Source of the DNA: a virus
Reading direction: 5' to 3' (one strand)
IMG/VR virus record: IMGVR_UViG_3300034071_001262
Length of the DNA stretch: 64,000 bases
Shown piece after piece: positions 10,764-19,377 of this stretch. The notes under the pieces were generated by a model, which saw nothing but the letters and a program-made list of their open reading frames with translations, ran no database searches and was not told the origin of the DNA. Both the position numbers and the translations under genes were made by a program. The stretch's first letter is position 1. Every line of letters begins with the position of its first letter.

Positions 10764-11524
10764 ATGGGAATGGTTTTAAAAAAGTCTGTGAATGTACTTG
10801 GCAAGATGCAATCCCAAATAAGGATAAAGTAATTATTTATGCTAATACGCACGAATATCAACAAGCATTGAATAGAATAGCGCAATATACAAATATAAAA
10901 TTTATATTAGTGACACATAATAGTGACCATTCTATTGAACGCACAGATATACCAATTAACTTAATTAAGTGGTACGGTACAAATGTTAACTATGTCCATG
11001 AAAAGATCTCACCTATTCCAATAGGATTAGAAAATGAGCATTGGCATCCTAATAAAAGAAACTTAATTAATAAAGCAATATATAGCAAACAAGAGAGAAA
11101 AAATAGAATTTTTGCACAATTTAATCCAGATACTTTTCCATCCGAAAGATATAATCTTTGTTACGATATTTGGATGAAAAAAATAAATGCTGATATGTAT
11201 AGATGTATAAATGGTATAGCATTTGATTCATATGTTAATAATTTATGCACATATAAATATTGCCTATGCCCACGCGGAAATGGCATAGATACGCATAGAG
11301 TATGGGAAGCTCTATATCTTGGATGTATACCAATAGTAAAAAAACATATAACACATTTTTTTAATGAAAAGCTACCAATAGTTTATATAGACGATTGGAA
11401 AGAAGTAACAGAGGATTTTTTAAAAAATATAATTGACAATTTTGATTATTCGCTATTTAAATCTAAAACATTAACAATGACATACTGGAAAGAAAGAATT
11501 TTAAATGAGGCAAATCAAGATTAA
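10748..11524 (+). CDS. Exostosin-like (GT47-like) glycosyltransferase
   Basis: YCLCPRGNGIDTHRVWEALYLGCIPIV is the exostosin-type C-terminal motif; also THNSD and PIPIGLEN. Confidence 0.75.
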   Translation: MQDYIDGNGFKKVCECTWQDAIPNKDKVIIYANTHEYQQALNRIAQYTNIKFILVTHNSDHSIERTDIPINLIKWYGTNVNYVHEKISPIPIGLENEHWHPNKRNLINKAIYSKQERKNRIFAQFNPDTFPSERYNLCYDIWMKKINADMYRCINGIAFDSYVNNLCTYKYCLCPRGNGIDTHRVWEALYLGCIPIVKKHITHFFNEKLPIVYIDDWKEVTEDFLKNIIDNFDYSLFKSKTLTMTYWKERILNEANQD

Positions 11525-12422
11525 TTTTTATAATATGTGGGGAGGATTTTTCCCTCATGATAATCTTATCACCAACACACTAAAATTAAAGTATGATGTT
11601 ATTGCTAACTTACAAAACGAAACTCCAGATATCGTTATATGCCAAAATACAGAAAGTGTAGCGGCTAAAAATGTTACTAGAGCATTTAGGGGTAAATCTA
11701 AAATTATTCACTGGTATGTAGAGTCACTGGATAGAATTGGAGATCCAAATTATACAGAATGTGATTTTTCTATAACATCATGCAAGTTTAACCATGACAA
11801 AAATATAAGAATACCATTATGGTCTATGTATATAGATTGGTTTAATAACCAATATCATCCCGGTAGAAATCAAGCCTATTTAGTTAGCCCCAAAAAACTA
11901 ATAACGCCAAAAGAAAAACAAACAAAAGATAAATTTTGTTCAGCTTTAACAAATAATTCTTTAGGATATCGTGCTACAGCTTATCCACAATTCATAAATT
12001 TTGCAACCTCAAAGGGTCTATTGGTAGAAAGCCGTGGCAATTTTTGTCAAACCTGCCCAAAACTGAATGGGGACGAAAAAGATAAAATAGATTTTATAAA
12101 GAATTTTAAATTTCATTTAACATATGATAATAGTGATTTACCGGGATGGATTACAGAAAAATTAATACACCCAATGTCTGAGGGGTCAATACCAATTTAT
12201 TGGGGCGGAATTGATGTAGAAGAAGAGTTTAATAAAGATGGGTTTATACATGTGAGAAGGTTTGATAATCTAGATGAAGTGCATGATCGTGTTTTTCAGA
12301 TATACAAAAATGAAGAATTATTCTACGATATACAAACACAACCATGTTTTCCAGATAATAAAATACCAGAATGTGCCACTCCAGAATTTATACTCTCTAA
12401 ATTAGAAACGATTGTAGAATGA
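11505..12422 (+). CDS. GT10-family (alpha-1,3/4-fucosyltransferase-like) glycosyltransferase
   Basis: KDKFCS; KIDFIKNFKFHLTYDNSDLPGWITEKL...GSIPIYWG is a variant of the GT10 'YKF.LAFENS...DY.TEK...P.Y.G' motif. Confidence 0.8.
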   Translation: MRQIKINFYNMWGGFFPHDNLITNTLKLKYDVIANLQNETPDIVICQNTESVAAKNVTRAFRGKSKIIHWYVESLDRIGDPNYTECDFSITSCKFNHDKNIRIPLWSMYIDWFNNQYHPGRNQAYLVSPKKLITPKEKQTKDKFCSALTNNSLGYRATAYPQFINFATSKGLLVESRGNFCQTCPKLNGDEKDKIDFIKNFKFHLTYDNSDLPGWITEKLIHPMSEGSIPIYWGGIDVEEEFNKDGFIHVRRFDNLDEVHDRVFQIYKNEELFYDIQTQPCFPDNKIPECATPEFILSKLETIVE

Positions 12423-13594
12423 ATAAACCAATAAAATTGTGTTCAGATATTATAGACAAATATGATATACAAAAGTTGGCGTTTTGGCTTCAAAACATGC
12501 CACAGCTAACAAAGGGCGAACAAACAATTAAGTTTGAAAAAGAATTTTCTGAATTTATTGGATGTGAACATTCTATCTATTGTAATTCTGGTTCTTCTGC
12601 GAATCTATTAATAGTTTCTGGTTTACTCCAATCTGGAATGTTAAAAAATGACAAAATAATAGTTCCACAAATTTCATGGTCTACAACAGTTTTTCCAGCA
12701 ATGCAGCTTGGATTGATTCCAATACTGTGTGACTGTGATATGCATAACCTTGGCATTGACATAGAAGATCTAGAAAGAATTATTAAAGAAGAAAATCCAG
12801 CAGCAATTATGCTAGTACATGTGCTTGGTTTAAATTCTAATATTCAAAAGATTATTGATCTATGCAACGAAAAAAATATATTAATAATTGAGGATACATG
12901 TGAAAGCCTTGGCTCTGAGGTAAATAGTAAAAAGCTTGGATCTTTTGGATTAGCTTCATCTTTCTCATTTTATTTTGGGCATCACATATCAACAATTGAA
13001 GGCGGAATGGTATGTACAAACAATAAAGACCTAGCAAATATTATAAAAATGATTAGAAGTCATGGATGGGATAGGGACTTAGACAGCAACACAAAAGCTT
13101 TCTATAGAGCATCTAATAATATACCAGAAAATTCTATATCATCATTATATACATTTTATCATATGGGATTTAATTTAAGATCAACTGATCTACAGGCGTT
13201 TATTGGAATTAACCAAATGGATAAAATATCAGACATAGTAACAAAGAGGCAGAAAAATTATTTTCAATATGTAAATTGTATTCGAAAAGACTTATGGAAG
13301 CCAATAGCCACAAAAGATCAAAATGTTATATCGAATATGGGATACCCGCTAATTGTAAAAAATAAAGATATAATGTATCAAATATTTAAAACAAATAATA
13401 TAGAATGTAGGCCACTAATATCTGGAAGCATGGGAACACAGCCAGCTTGGAAAAAAAAGTATAAAGAGTATAAGAGCAAAAATTCAAATTTGATTGATAA
13501 TTATGGTATGTACTTGCCTAATCATCAAGATTTGACCGAAAAAGATATACATAAAATATGCAATCTAATAAACGAGTACGGAAATAATGTCTGA
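12419..13594 (+). CDS. colD: DegT/DnrJ-family PLP enzyme, ColD-type GDP-4-keto-6-deoxymannose 3-dehydratase
   Basis: NSGSSANLL, VPQISWSTT, EDTCESLG, SFYFGHHISTIEGG (His where aminotransferases have the Schiff-base Lys), RSHGWDR, IECRPL, PNHQ. Lacks the Cys-rich Fe-S insertion of RfbH/E1. Confidence 0.8.
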   Translation: MNKPIKLCSDIIDKYDIQKLAFWLQNMPQLTKGEQTIKFEKEFSEFIGCEHSIYCNSGSSANLLIVSGLLQSGMLKNDKIIVPQISWSTTVFPAMQLGLIPILCDCDMHNLGIDIEDLERIIKEENPAAIMLVHVLGLNSNIQKIIDLCNEKNILIIEDTCESLGSEVNSKKLGSFGLASSFSFYFGHHISTIEGGMVCTNNKDLANIIKMIRSHGWDRDLDSNTKAFYRASNNIPENSISSLYTFYHMGFNLRSTDLQAFIGINQMDKISDIVTKRQKNYFQYVNCIRKDLWKPIATKDQNVISNMGYPLIVKNKDIMYQIFKTNNIECRPLISGSMGTQPAWKKKYKEYKSKNSNLIDNYGMYLPNHQDLTEKDIHKICNLINEYGNNV

Positions 13595-14402
13595 AATAAT
13601 TAATCTAATTGATAAAAATCCAGACTCTCATGTATACCAAAAGGCGGCAGAGATACTTTCCAAACAATTACAAGATGATTTTTCTTTTGTCTTACAGGTT
13701 TGGAGTGATGCAACGCCAAAAACAAAACATAAAAAGATATTAATACTAACATCAGACGAAACACATAAAATACCACAACAGATTAATGATCCAGATGTTG
13801 CTTATATTTTTAAACAATATATACCAATGTCAAATTATCGTGATGTTAATTCTGTAGAAAATATACCACGGATATTTGCCCTGCCATTGTGTGAGTTAAA
13901 TGGATTTACCGATTTTAGCAAAAATATACATGATAGGGAGTACGATTGGTGCTGGATGGGCCAATATGACCCATACAGAAGGACAGATTTTAAAAATGCT
14001 ATAGAGATAGCCAAGACTTTAAATGGTGTCAAATACAAGGAATTATGGTACAATGGATGGAATAATGGGGCTAAAATAGAAGACTATTGTGCGATAATGA
14101 ATAATACCAAAATAGCACTTGTTCCAACCGGATCGGCTAGTTTTGAAACATTTAGGTTTTTTGAAGCTATGATGTGTGGGTGTGTTGTTTTATCTGTTCC
14201 ACAGCCAAATGTTGACTTTTATAATACTGCCCCATTTATACCAATAAATAACTGGGTTAATGAAATATCGGATACTATTAGATCTGTTCTTAATAAAAAG
14301 AACTTAATGTCCACAATATCTATGTCTGGAAGAAAATGGCATAACTATTATTGCTCTCCCGAAGGTTTGTCTAACTATATGCTGGAGAAGATCAATGCTT
14401 AA
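13587..14402 (+). CDS. Exostosin-like (GT47-like) glycosyltransferase
   Basis: TSDE; KIALVPTGSASFETFRFFEAMMCGCVV. Confidence 0.65.
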   Translation: MSEIINLIDKNPDSHVYQKAAEILSKQLQDDFSFVLQVWSDATPKTKHKKILILTSDETHKIPQQINDPDVAYIFKQYIPMSNYRDVNSVENIPRIFALPLCELNGFTDFSKNIHDREYDWCWMGQYDPYRRTDFKNAIEIAKTLNGVKYKELWYNGWNNGAKIEDYCAIMNNTKIALVPTGSASFETFRFFEAMMCGCVVLSVPQPNVDFYNTAPFIPINNWVNEISDTIRSVLNKKNLMSTISMSGRKWHNYYCSPEGLSNYMLEKINA

Positions 14403-15078
14403 AACTCACATATTGCACTATCAAAAATTAACAGATAGAAAAAAACACATAGAGGACCAGCTTGAAAAACAAAATATACAAGACTATAGTTTTATAACAG
14501 ATTTTGACAAAGAACAACTAACAAAAGATATAATTGATAAATATTATATTAATGATAAGGCCACAACTGACAAGCACTCAAATGTAACGCTCAAACATAG
14601 CATGTCCCCATATTCTGTGTATAGGGAGCTTTCGTTAGCATCAATATCTCTATGTATTAAGCATATAAAATCATTAGAATTGTTTCTTGAAAGCGATTAC
14701 GATGAATTACTAGTTCTTGAAGATGATTGTAATTTTTATGAAAATAGTATTACATTAAATGATGTTATATCTGATGCTCCAAGCGATTGGGACATAATAT
14801 TTATAGGCGGCGCTTTTAGTCACAATATATTACCGGTTAAGCAAATATTTAATGGGTATATCTTGTCAGGGCATCCAGCAACTAATACAACATCATCACT
14901 AATATATAATAAGAAATCAGCACAAAAAACATTAGATACAATAGTGCCATTTGCTTTACCGATTGATTGGCATCTAAATCATATTTTTCATTTAAACAAT
15001 TTTAATGTTTATCACACTTATCCATATTTATGTAATCAACTCAGCAACATATCGTTTAGCGGTACGATAGAAAGGTAA
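14395..15078 (+). CDS. GT25-family glycosyltransferase
   Basis: HYQKLTDRKKH, SLCIKH, LVLEDD, AQK.L and LPIDW match GT25 (LPS beta-galactosyltransferase-like) motifs. Confidence 0.8.
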   Translation: MLKTHILHYQKLTDRKKHIEDQLEKQNIQDYSFITDFDKEQLTKDIIDKYYINDKATTDKHSNVTLKHSMSPYSVYRELSLASISLCIKHIKSLELFLESDYDELLVLEDDCNFYENSITLNDVISDAPSDWDIIFIGGAFSHNILPVKQIFNGYILSGHPATNTTSSLIYNKKSAQKTLDTIVPFALPIDWHLNHIFHLNNFNVYHTYPYLCNQLSNISFSGTIER

Positions 15079-15083
15079 TTATT

Positions 15084-15557
15084 ATGAACATAGCGGCTAT
15101 TGTTGACAACCTTGGGCCATCACAAAAGTCATTTTATCTCATAAAAGAATTTAATAAAACATTATCACAAAATGATTTATGTGTATCGGTTTTCTTTAAA
15201 AGAGCTTCTGTTCCAGTAATACCAGCTATGTTTTCATGCAAAAGCGTATCATTTTTGTCTGGATATCACCATACGGCAATTGCTACAACTATAGATGAAG
15301 CTAGTATTTTATTAAAATCTAATAATAATGCAAATAAATTTTTATACTTATGGAATCTAGAATGGTTAACGTATCCATCAAAATATTCCGCTATAACAAA
15401 TATATTACGTGATTCAAGATTAAAAATCATTGCCCGTAGTGAGTCACATGAGGCTATGATATACAATTTTTGCAATAAGAAAACAGTAGGAATTGTTGAC
15501 AACTGGAATGTTAGTCAGTTACTTTCTCTTACTCAACAGGATTATTCTAATGTCTGA
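15084..15557 (+). CDS. Hypothetical protein resembling an isolated GT-B N-terminal half
   Basis: MNIAAIVDNLG, IATT, FLYLWNLEW, IIARS; no C-terminal nucleotide-sugar-binding domain. Confidence 0.4.
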   Translation: MNIAAIVDNLGPSQKSFYLIKEFNKTLSQNDLCVSVFFKRASVPVIPAMFSCKSVSFLSGYHHTAIATTIDEASILLKSNNNANKFLYLWNLEWLTYPSKYSAITNILRDSRLKIIARSESHEAMIYNFCNKKTVGIVDNWNVSQLLSLTQQDYSNV

Positions 15558-16332
15558 TCTAAACGAAGAATATATTGTAGAACAATACGTTATTAAAAAT
15601 AAGAGTACGTGTAGTATAGCAAAAGAATTAAATACTTATCCAAAGAAAATTGAACGTATTCTCAAAAAGAACGGACAACAATTACGAGATAAATCTGAAG
15701 CTCAATCATTAGCTCTAAAAAGCGGTAGAATAAAACATCCCACTAGAGGAAAAAAAAGAACAGAACAAGAAAAAGATAAGATTGGCATAGCAATAAGACA
15801 AAACTGGAAAGAGATGCCAAAATCCAAAAAAGATGATTTTTGTTCACAGGTTAAAAAACGATGGGATGAAATGTCGGCTATTAAAAAAAGAGAACTACAA
15901 GAGATGGCTGGACGAGCATTGCGTCAGGCATCAATTGAAGGATCTAAGGCGGAAAAAATATTGAGAATTAAATTAGAAAAACTTGGTTATGATATTATGT
16001 TGCACAAGAATAATCTCATACCGGGAGATTTTGAAATAGATTTGTTTTTGCCACAACTTCGCACTATAATAGAGATAGATGGGCCACAGCATTTTCTTCC
16101 ATTATGGGGCGAAGATAAGCTTCAAAAAATTATTAAATCTGATGAAAGAAAAAATGGTTTATTGTTAACACATGGATATTGTGTTATTAGAATAAAATAT
16201 CTTTGTAAACATATGACAAGATCTATTGGTAATAAGTTGTGCAAATTGGTATTAGATCACATATCCAGTATTGAAAATAAGTTTCCACCTAAAGGTCAAA
16301 GATTTATTGAATTGGAGATAAATAATGAGTGA
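15550..16332 (+). CDS. Free-standing endonuclease: HTH/NUMOD3-like DNA-binding region plus Vsr/DUF559-type PD-(D/E)xK nuclease
   Basis: N-terminal HTH (STCSIAKELNTYPKKIERIL), HPTRGKKRTEQEKDKI (NUMOD3-like), SKAE, FEIDLFLP, IIEIDGPQH, DERKN..L..HGY.VIRI. Start at MSDLN (15550). Confidence 0.75.
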   Translation: MSDLNEEYIVEQYVIKNKSTCSIAKELNTYPKKIERILKKNGQQLRDKSEAQSLALKSGRIKHPTRGKKRTEQEKDKIGIAIRQNWKEMPKSKKDDFCSQVKKRWDEMSAIKKRELQEMAGRALRQASIEGSKAEKILRIKLEKLGYDIMLHKNNLIPGDFEIDLFLPQLRTIIEIDGPQHFLPLWGEDKLQKIIKSDERKNGLLLTHGYCVIRIKYLCKHMTRSIGNKLCKLVLDHISSIENKFPPKGQRFIELEINNE

Positions 16333-17077
16333 ACAGTTTTTTGACATAGAAGAACAAACTAATGATACATTAGAAAAAGAAAGAGATAATATACCATCTT
16401 ATGGCTCACAAGAATGGCATGACTATATTATGTCGAAGTTTGAAACTAAAGAATTAATAGATGGTAACCCAACTTGTGCCGGATTAAGAAGGGTAGCGGA
16501 AGATGTGCTTGGTAGCATTGTTATCAGTAGACCGGTGCAGATTTTTCCATCTTTAGATCCCAATGGACCGGGAAGAGCCACTGTGGTGTTTGAAGTAGTA
16601 TTTGATTGGATGAATTCTGGAAATATGAGAACATATTCTGATGTAGCTGATGTTTGGCATGGAAATACGGATGATTTATTTTGCGCCCATCCTGTGGCAA
16701 CAGCAAGCACTAGGGCTGAAGGTAGAGCATTAAGAAAAGCTTTAAAGATTAGATGTTTGTCAGCGGAAGAACTTACTAGAAAGAAAGATGTTGAATCTAT
16801 AGTAAGAGAGACAATAAATTCAAGCAAAACTATTGATGGGGAGTGGCAAGAAGAAGACTCTATTAGCAATCCCCAAATAAATTTTATTGACACTAAGTGT
16901 AAACAATTAGATATTAATGTATTGAAGTTTATTAATTCTGGATCAGAACAATATGATTCAATTAATAGTGTTAGCAAGAAAACGGGTATCCGTATGCTAT
17001 CAACATTGAATGAATATCAAAACAAGAAACGCAAAATCTCAGAAGAGATTGCGGGGTATGATCCAAACTGGAGGTAA
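16325..17077 (+). CDS. Putative single-strand annealing protein (Rad52/RecT-like fold)
   Basis: AGLRRVA...ATVVFEV...ATASTRAEGRALRKAL..LSAEEL matches the 'A.TRA..RALR..........EE' signature of phage annealases; C-terminal helical domain ISNPQINFI. Confidence 0.55.
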   Translation: MSEQFFDIEEQTNDTLEKERDNIPSYGSQEWHDYIMSKFETKELIDGNPTCAGLRRVAEDVLGSIVISRPVQIFPSLDPNGPGRATVVFEVVFDWMNSGNMRTYSDVADVWHGNTDDLFCAHPVATASTRAEGRALRKALKIRCLSAEELTRKKDVESIVRETINSSKTIDGEWQEEDSISNPQINFIDTKCKQLDINVLKFINSGSEQYDSINSVSKKTGIRMLSTLNEYQNKKRKISEEIAGYDPNWR

Positions 17078-17079
17078 AA

Positions 17080-17409
17080 ATGAAGATTACAAAGACCATC
17101 GGAAATCTCACAATAGATATTGAAAGAGAAACACAGAAGGAAATTTTCAAAGATTTAGCAACATTTGAAGAAGTGTTTGGCGAAAATGTTTGTGGTAAGT
17201 GTTCTTCTGAAAATTTAAGATATGTTGTTAGAGAAAACGATGGTAATGAATATTATGAATTGAGATGTATGGATTGTGGTGCCAAATTAGCTTTTGGTGT
17301 CCATAAAAAGGGTGGCGGATTGTTCCCACGAAGGAAGGACGCAGAAGGTAATTATTTACCAGATAAGGGATGGCAAAAGTGGGATGGTAAATCCAAAACC
17401 ACTAAGTGA
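17080..17409 (+). CDS. Small Zn-ribbon protein, function unknown
   Basis: CGKC...CMDC; GGAGG RBS upstream; last gene before the terminator. Confidence 0.6.
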   Translation: MKITKTIGNLTIDIERETQKEIFKDLATFEEVFGENVCGKCSSENLRYVVRENDGNEYYELRCMDCGAKLAFGVHKKGGGLFPRRKDAEGNYLPDKGWQKWDGKSKTTK

Positions 17410-17447
17410 AAAAAGAAAACCCCGCCTTTTGAGCGGGGTTTTTTATT
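17410..17447. terminator. Bidirectional intrinsic terminator between the convergent gene blocks
   Basis: AAAACCCCGC (17416-17425), loop, GCGGGGTTTT (17433-17442); A-tract on the left and T-tract on the right. Confidence 0.9.
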
Positions 17448-17466
17448 ACACAGTATATAGAGAATA

Positions 17467-18432
17467 TTAGAGATATTCTAATGAGATATATAATCCGTAC
17501 TGCTCTTTGCTTCCGATAGAGAGAGGAGAAGCAGAAAGAGCGACGGCCCATGTATGGTGAGTATCTACACCAGTGCCACCATATGTCTTTGGCCTGTTAG
17601 ATCCTGTAGATCCATCACCAAAACTATTAATAGCACCCAACATTGTTGTTTGATTACTACTATTAGTAACATACTGTGTCCACTTGGGCCAGATCTGACC
17701 CTCTGCACCAGCTACTTGACTTCTTTGTAATAACTTTTGACCACTACCGGGGCTATTAGCTAATGGCACAACAATACCTGTACCACCCACTGTGGTATAA
17801 GAGCCAGCAATGCCAGCAGCGGATAATCTTGAGTCACCATTTACGTTTGTACCAGCTGCGCCATTTCTAAATACTTCACCAGAACTATTGGTGTAGTAGT
17901 TTTGTGAGACAAACTGCGTGGGCCAAGCCTCGCCCCACCAGAAAGCATCACCACTACCAACAACAATAGAAGAACCAGTGCCACCCTGAGTGTTAAATGC
18001 GCTGCCATTATGATTAATAATTTCTGCTACTTTAGTATTTACGCCACTAGCAGGATAATTGATGTTGCTTCTATCATATATGCGAAGCTGAACATTTTGA
18101 GTTTTCACGGCAGATGAATGGCTAAATTCAATACCAAGTGTAGCTTGATAAGACTTAATACCAGATAGACCACATGTGAATTCAGAGCTACCAAACTCAT
18201 CAACGGTTGTCATACCGCTTGGATATACGTTTGGTATATATTTTATATTGTTTGTGGCATTTTTATAGACACTACCATCTGCGTTAGCAACATAGGTATT
18301 GTCTTGATAAGAGCCTATTTGTACAGATGAACCAGCTGATGTGCCATAAAAAGCCAAACCAGATCCACTTAGGGTATAAAGGCTTGGCACCATATTTGCC
18401 CCGCCAATTACTTGAAATCTAATATCTGCCAT
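17467..18432 (-). CDS. Probable virion structural protein (Gly/Ser/Thr-rich, beta-rich)
   Basis: Strong AAGGAG RBS, own upstream TTGTGTA motif, G/S/T-rich composition, last gene of the late block. Confidence 0.5.
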   Translation of the reverse strand: MADIRFQVIGGANMVPSLYTLSGSGLAFYGTSAGSSVQIGSYQDNTYVANADGSVYKNATNNIKYIPNVYPSGMTTVDEFGSSEFTCGLSGIKSYQATLGIEFSHSSAVKTQNVQLRIYDRSNINYPASGVNTKVAEIINHNGSAFNTQGGTGSSIVVGSGDAFWWGEAWPTQFVSQNYYTNSSGEVFRNGAAGTNVNGDSRLSAAGIAGSYTTVGGTGIVVPLANSPGSGQKLLQRSQVAGAEGQIWPKWTQYVTNSSNQTTMLGAINSFGDGSTGSNRPKTYGGTGVDTHHTWAVALSASPLSIGSKEQYGLYISLEYL

Positions 18433-18472
18433 GTTTAATAGTCTCCTTAAATGAGATTAATCTAGTATTGTA

Positions 18473-18479
18473 TACACAA
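18473..18479 (-). promoter_or_regulatory. TTGTGTA motif, candidate late promoter
   Basis: Intergenic, ~40 nt upstream of the 18432 start; the same motif occurs at five other intergenic positions. Confidence 0.55.
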
Positions 18480-18482
18480 TTT

Positions 18483-18797
18483 TTATTTGATATTTGCATT
18501 TTTTTTAGCTCTTTTTATAGCTAATTTTATGATAATACGTGCTATTATTTCTATAAATGGAAGTCCACGTTTTGTAGCCTCTTCTTTAAGCCATCCTACA
18601 ATTGTATCAATATTTTTTTCACACCAGTTTGTACCAAGATCATCCATGAGTTTAGCTCGATTTAAACAAGAACAATTACCAGTAATTTTAATATAAAAAG
18701 GCCATCTTAAAAGTAGTTTTTTTAATTCTGTGCCGGGAAACTCAAAGACATTTTGTGTTGGTGGAATTAATGGTGGTATCATTGGTGGTGTTGTCAT
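18483..18797 (-). CDS. Small Cys-containing hypothetical protein of the tail-tip module
   Basis: PGTELKKLL...CSC..RA..MD..G..WC..NIDTIVGWL..EA.KRGLP; Pro-rich N-terminus; AAGG RBS. Confidence 0.6.
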   Translation of the reverse strand: MTTPPMIPPLIPPTQNVFEFPGTELKKLLLRWPFYIKITGNCSCLNRAKLMDDLGTNWCEKNIDTIVGWLKEEATKRGLPFIEIIARIIIKLAIKRAKKNANIK

Positions 18798-18817
18798 AGA
18801 TACAATACCTTTCTTGA

Positions 18818-19360
18818 TTAAGAAGAAAATGTAGCACTACTATTTAAACTATCACACAAAAATATAGCATTTACCATACCATTTGCATTGTTAGTTGTTT
18901 TATGCGCCCAAACAAAACCTAATAAACTATCAGTTGTATCTTCTGTTATTGTAAGACGAAATCTAGAATTCGTCCCCCTTTGCCCGTCTGCCCTGAATAT
19001 CTCATCAGAATATTGATTATATTCTCCTTGTCTATATGCGCTAGAAGGCCGAGCCAAATCAAGAATCACAGATTCAGCATATCCAACAACAGAATATATA
19101 TGTGATTCACCCCGTTCCATTGCTGAAGATAGCACAATAATTTTCTTTGGTTTTTTCCCATCAAAAGTAAGTGAAACACTAGATGGATCGTTACCTGTTT
19201 GCCATCGCCCTTGCCAAAATCCATTTGGTACTCCATCATAAGTCCCATATCTAATAATAGATCCAGTAATAGAAATTTTTAAACCGGGCCATCCCGAGTT
19301 TTCAGCTCCATTCAAAATATCGATCAATTTACAACCTCCAGTACAACAACAATATATCAT
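18818..19360 (-). CDS. Hypothetical tail-tip-associated protein with N-terminal CCC..C motif
   Basis: Begins MIYCCCTGGC; AAGGA RBS; lies directly after the repeat-containing tail protein. Confidence 0.55.
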   Translation of the reverse strand: MIYCCCTGGCKLIDILNGAENSGWPGLKISITGSIIRYGTYDGVPNGFWQGRWQTGNDPSSVSLTFDGKKPKKIIVLSSAMERGESHIYSVVGYAESVILDLARPSSAYRQGEYNQYSDEIFRADGQRGTNSRFRLTITEDTTDSLLGFVWAHKTTNNANGMVNAIFLCDSLNSSATFSS

Positions 19361-19377
19361 TAGTTTCCTTTTATTTA

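Noticed and set aside
12419-13594. Perosamine synthase or a generic sugar aminotransferase
   Set aside because: The catalytic Lys position is His (GHHISTIEGG), which fits ColD-type dehydratases.
2-15557. Bacterial O-antigen/capsule locus or giant-virus (NCLDV) origin
   Set aside because: No wzx/wzy/ABC export or priming transferase is present. The island has similar AT-richness to, and shares a terminator with, a portal/HK97-type capsid/TMP module with Shine-Dalgarno sites, which indicates a tailed phage.
17447-17453. Seventh TGTGTA occurrence on the - strand
   Set aside because: It reads CTGTGTA and points straight into the terminator with no downstream gene, so it was not counted as a promoter.
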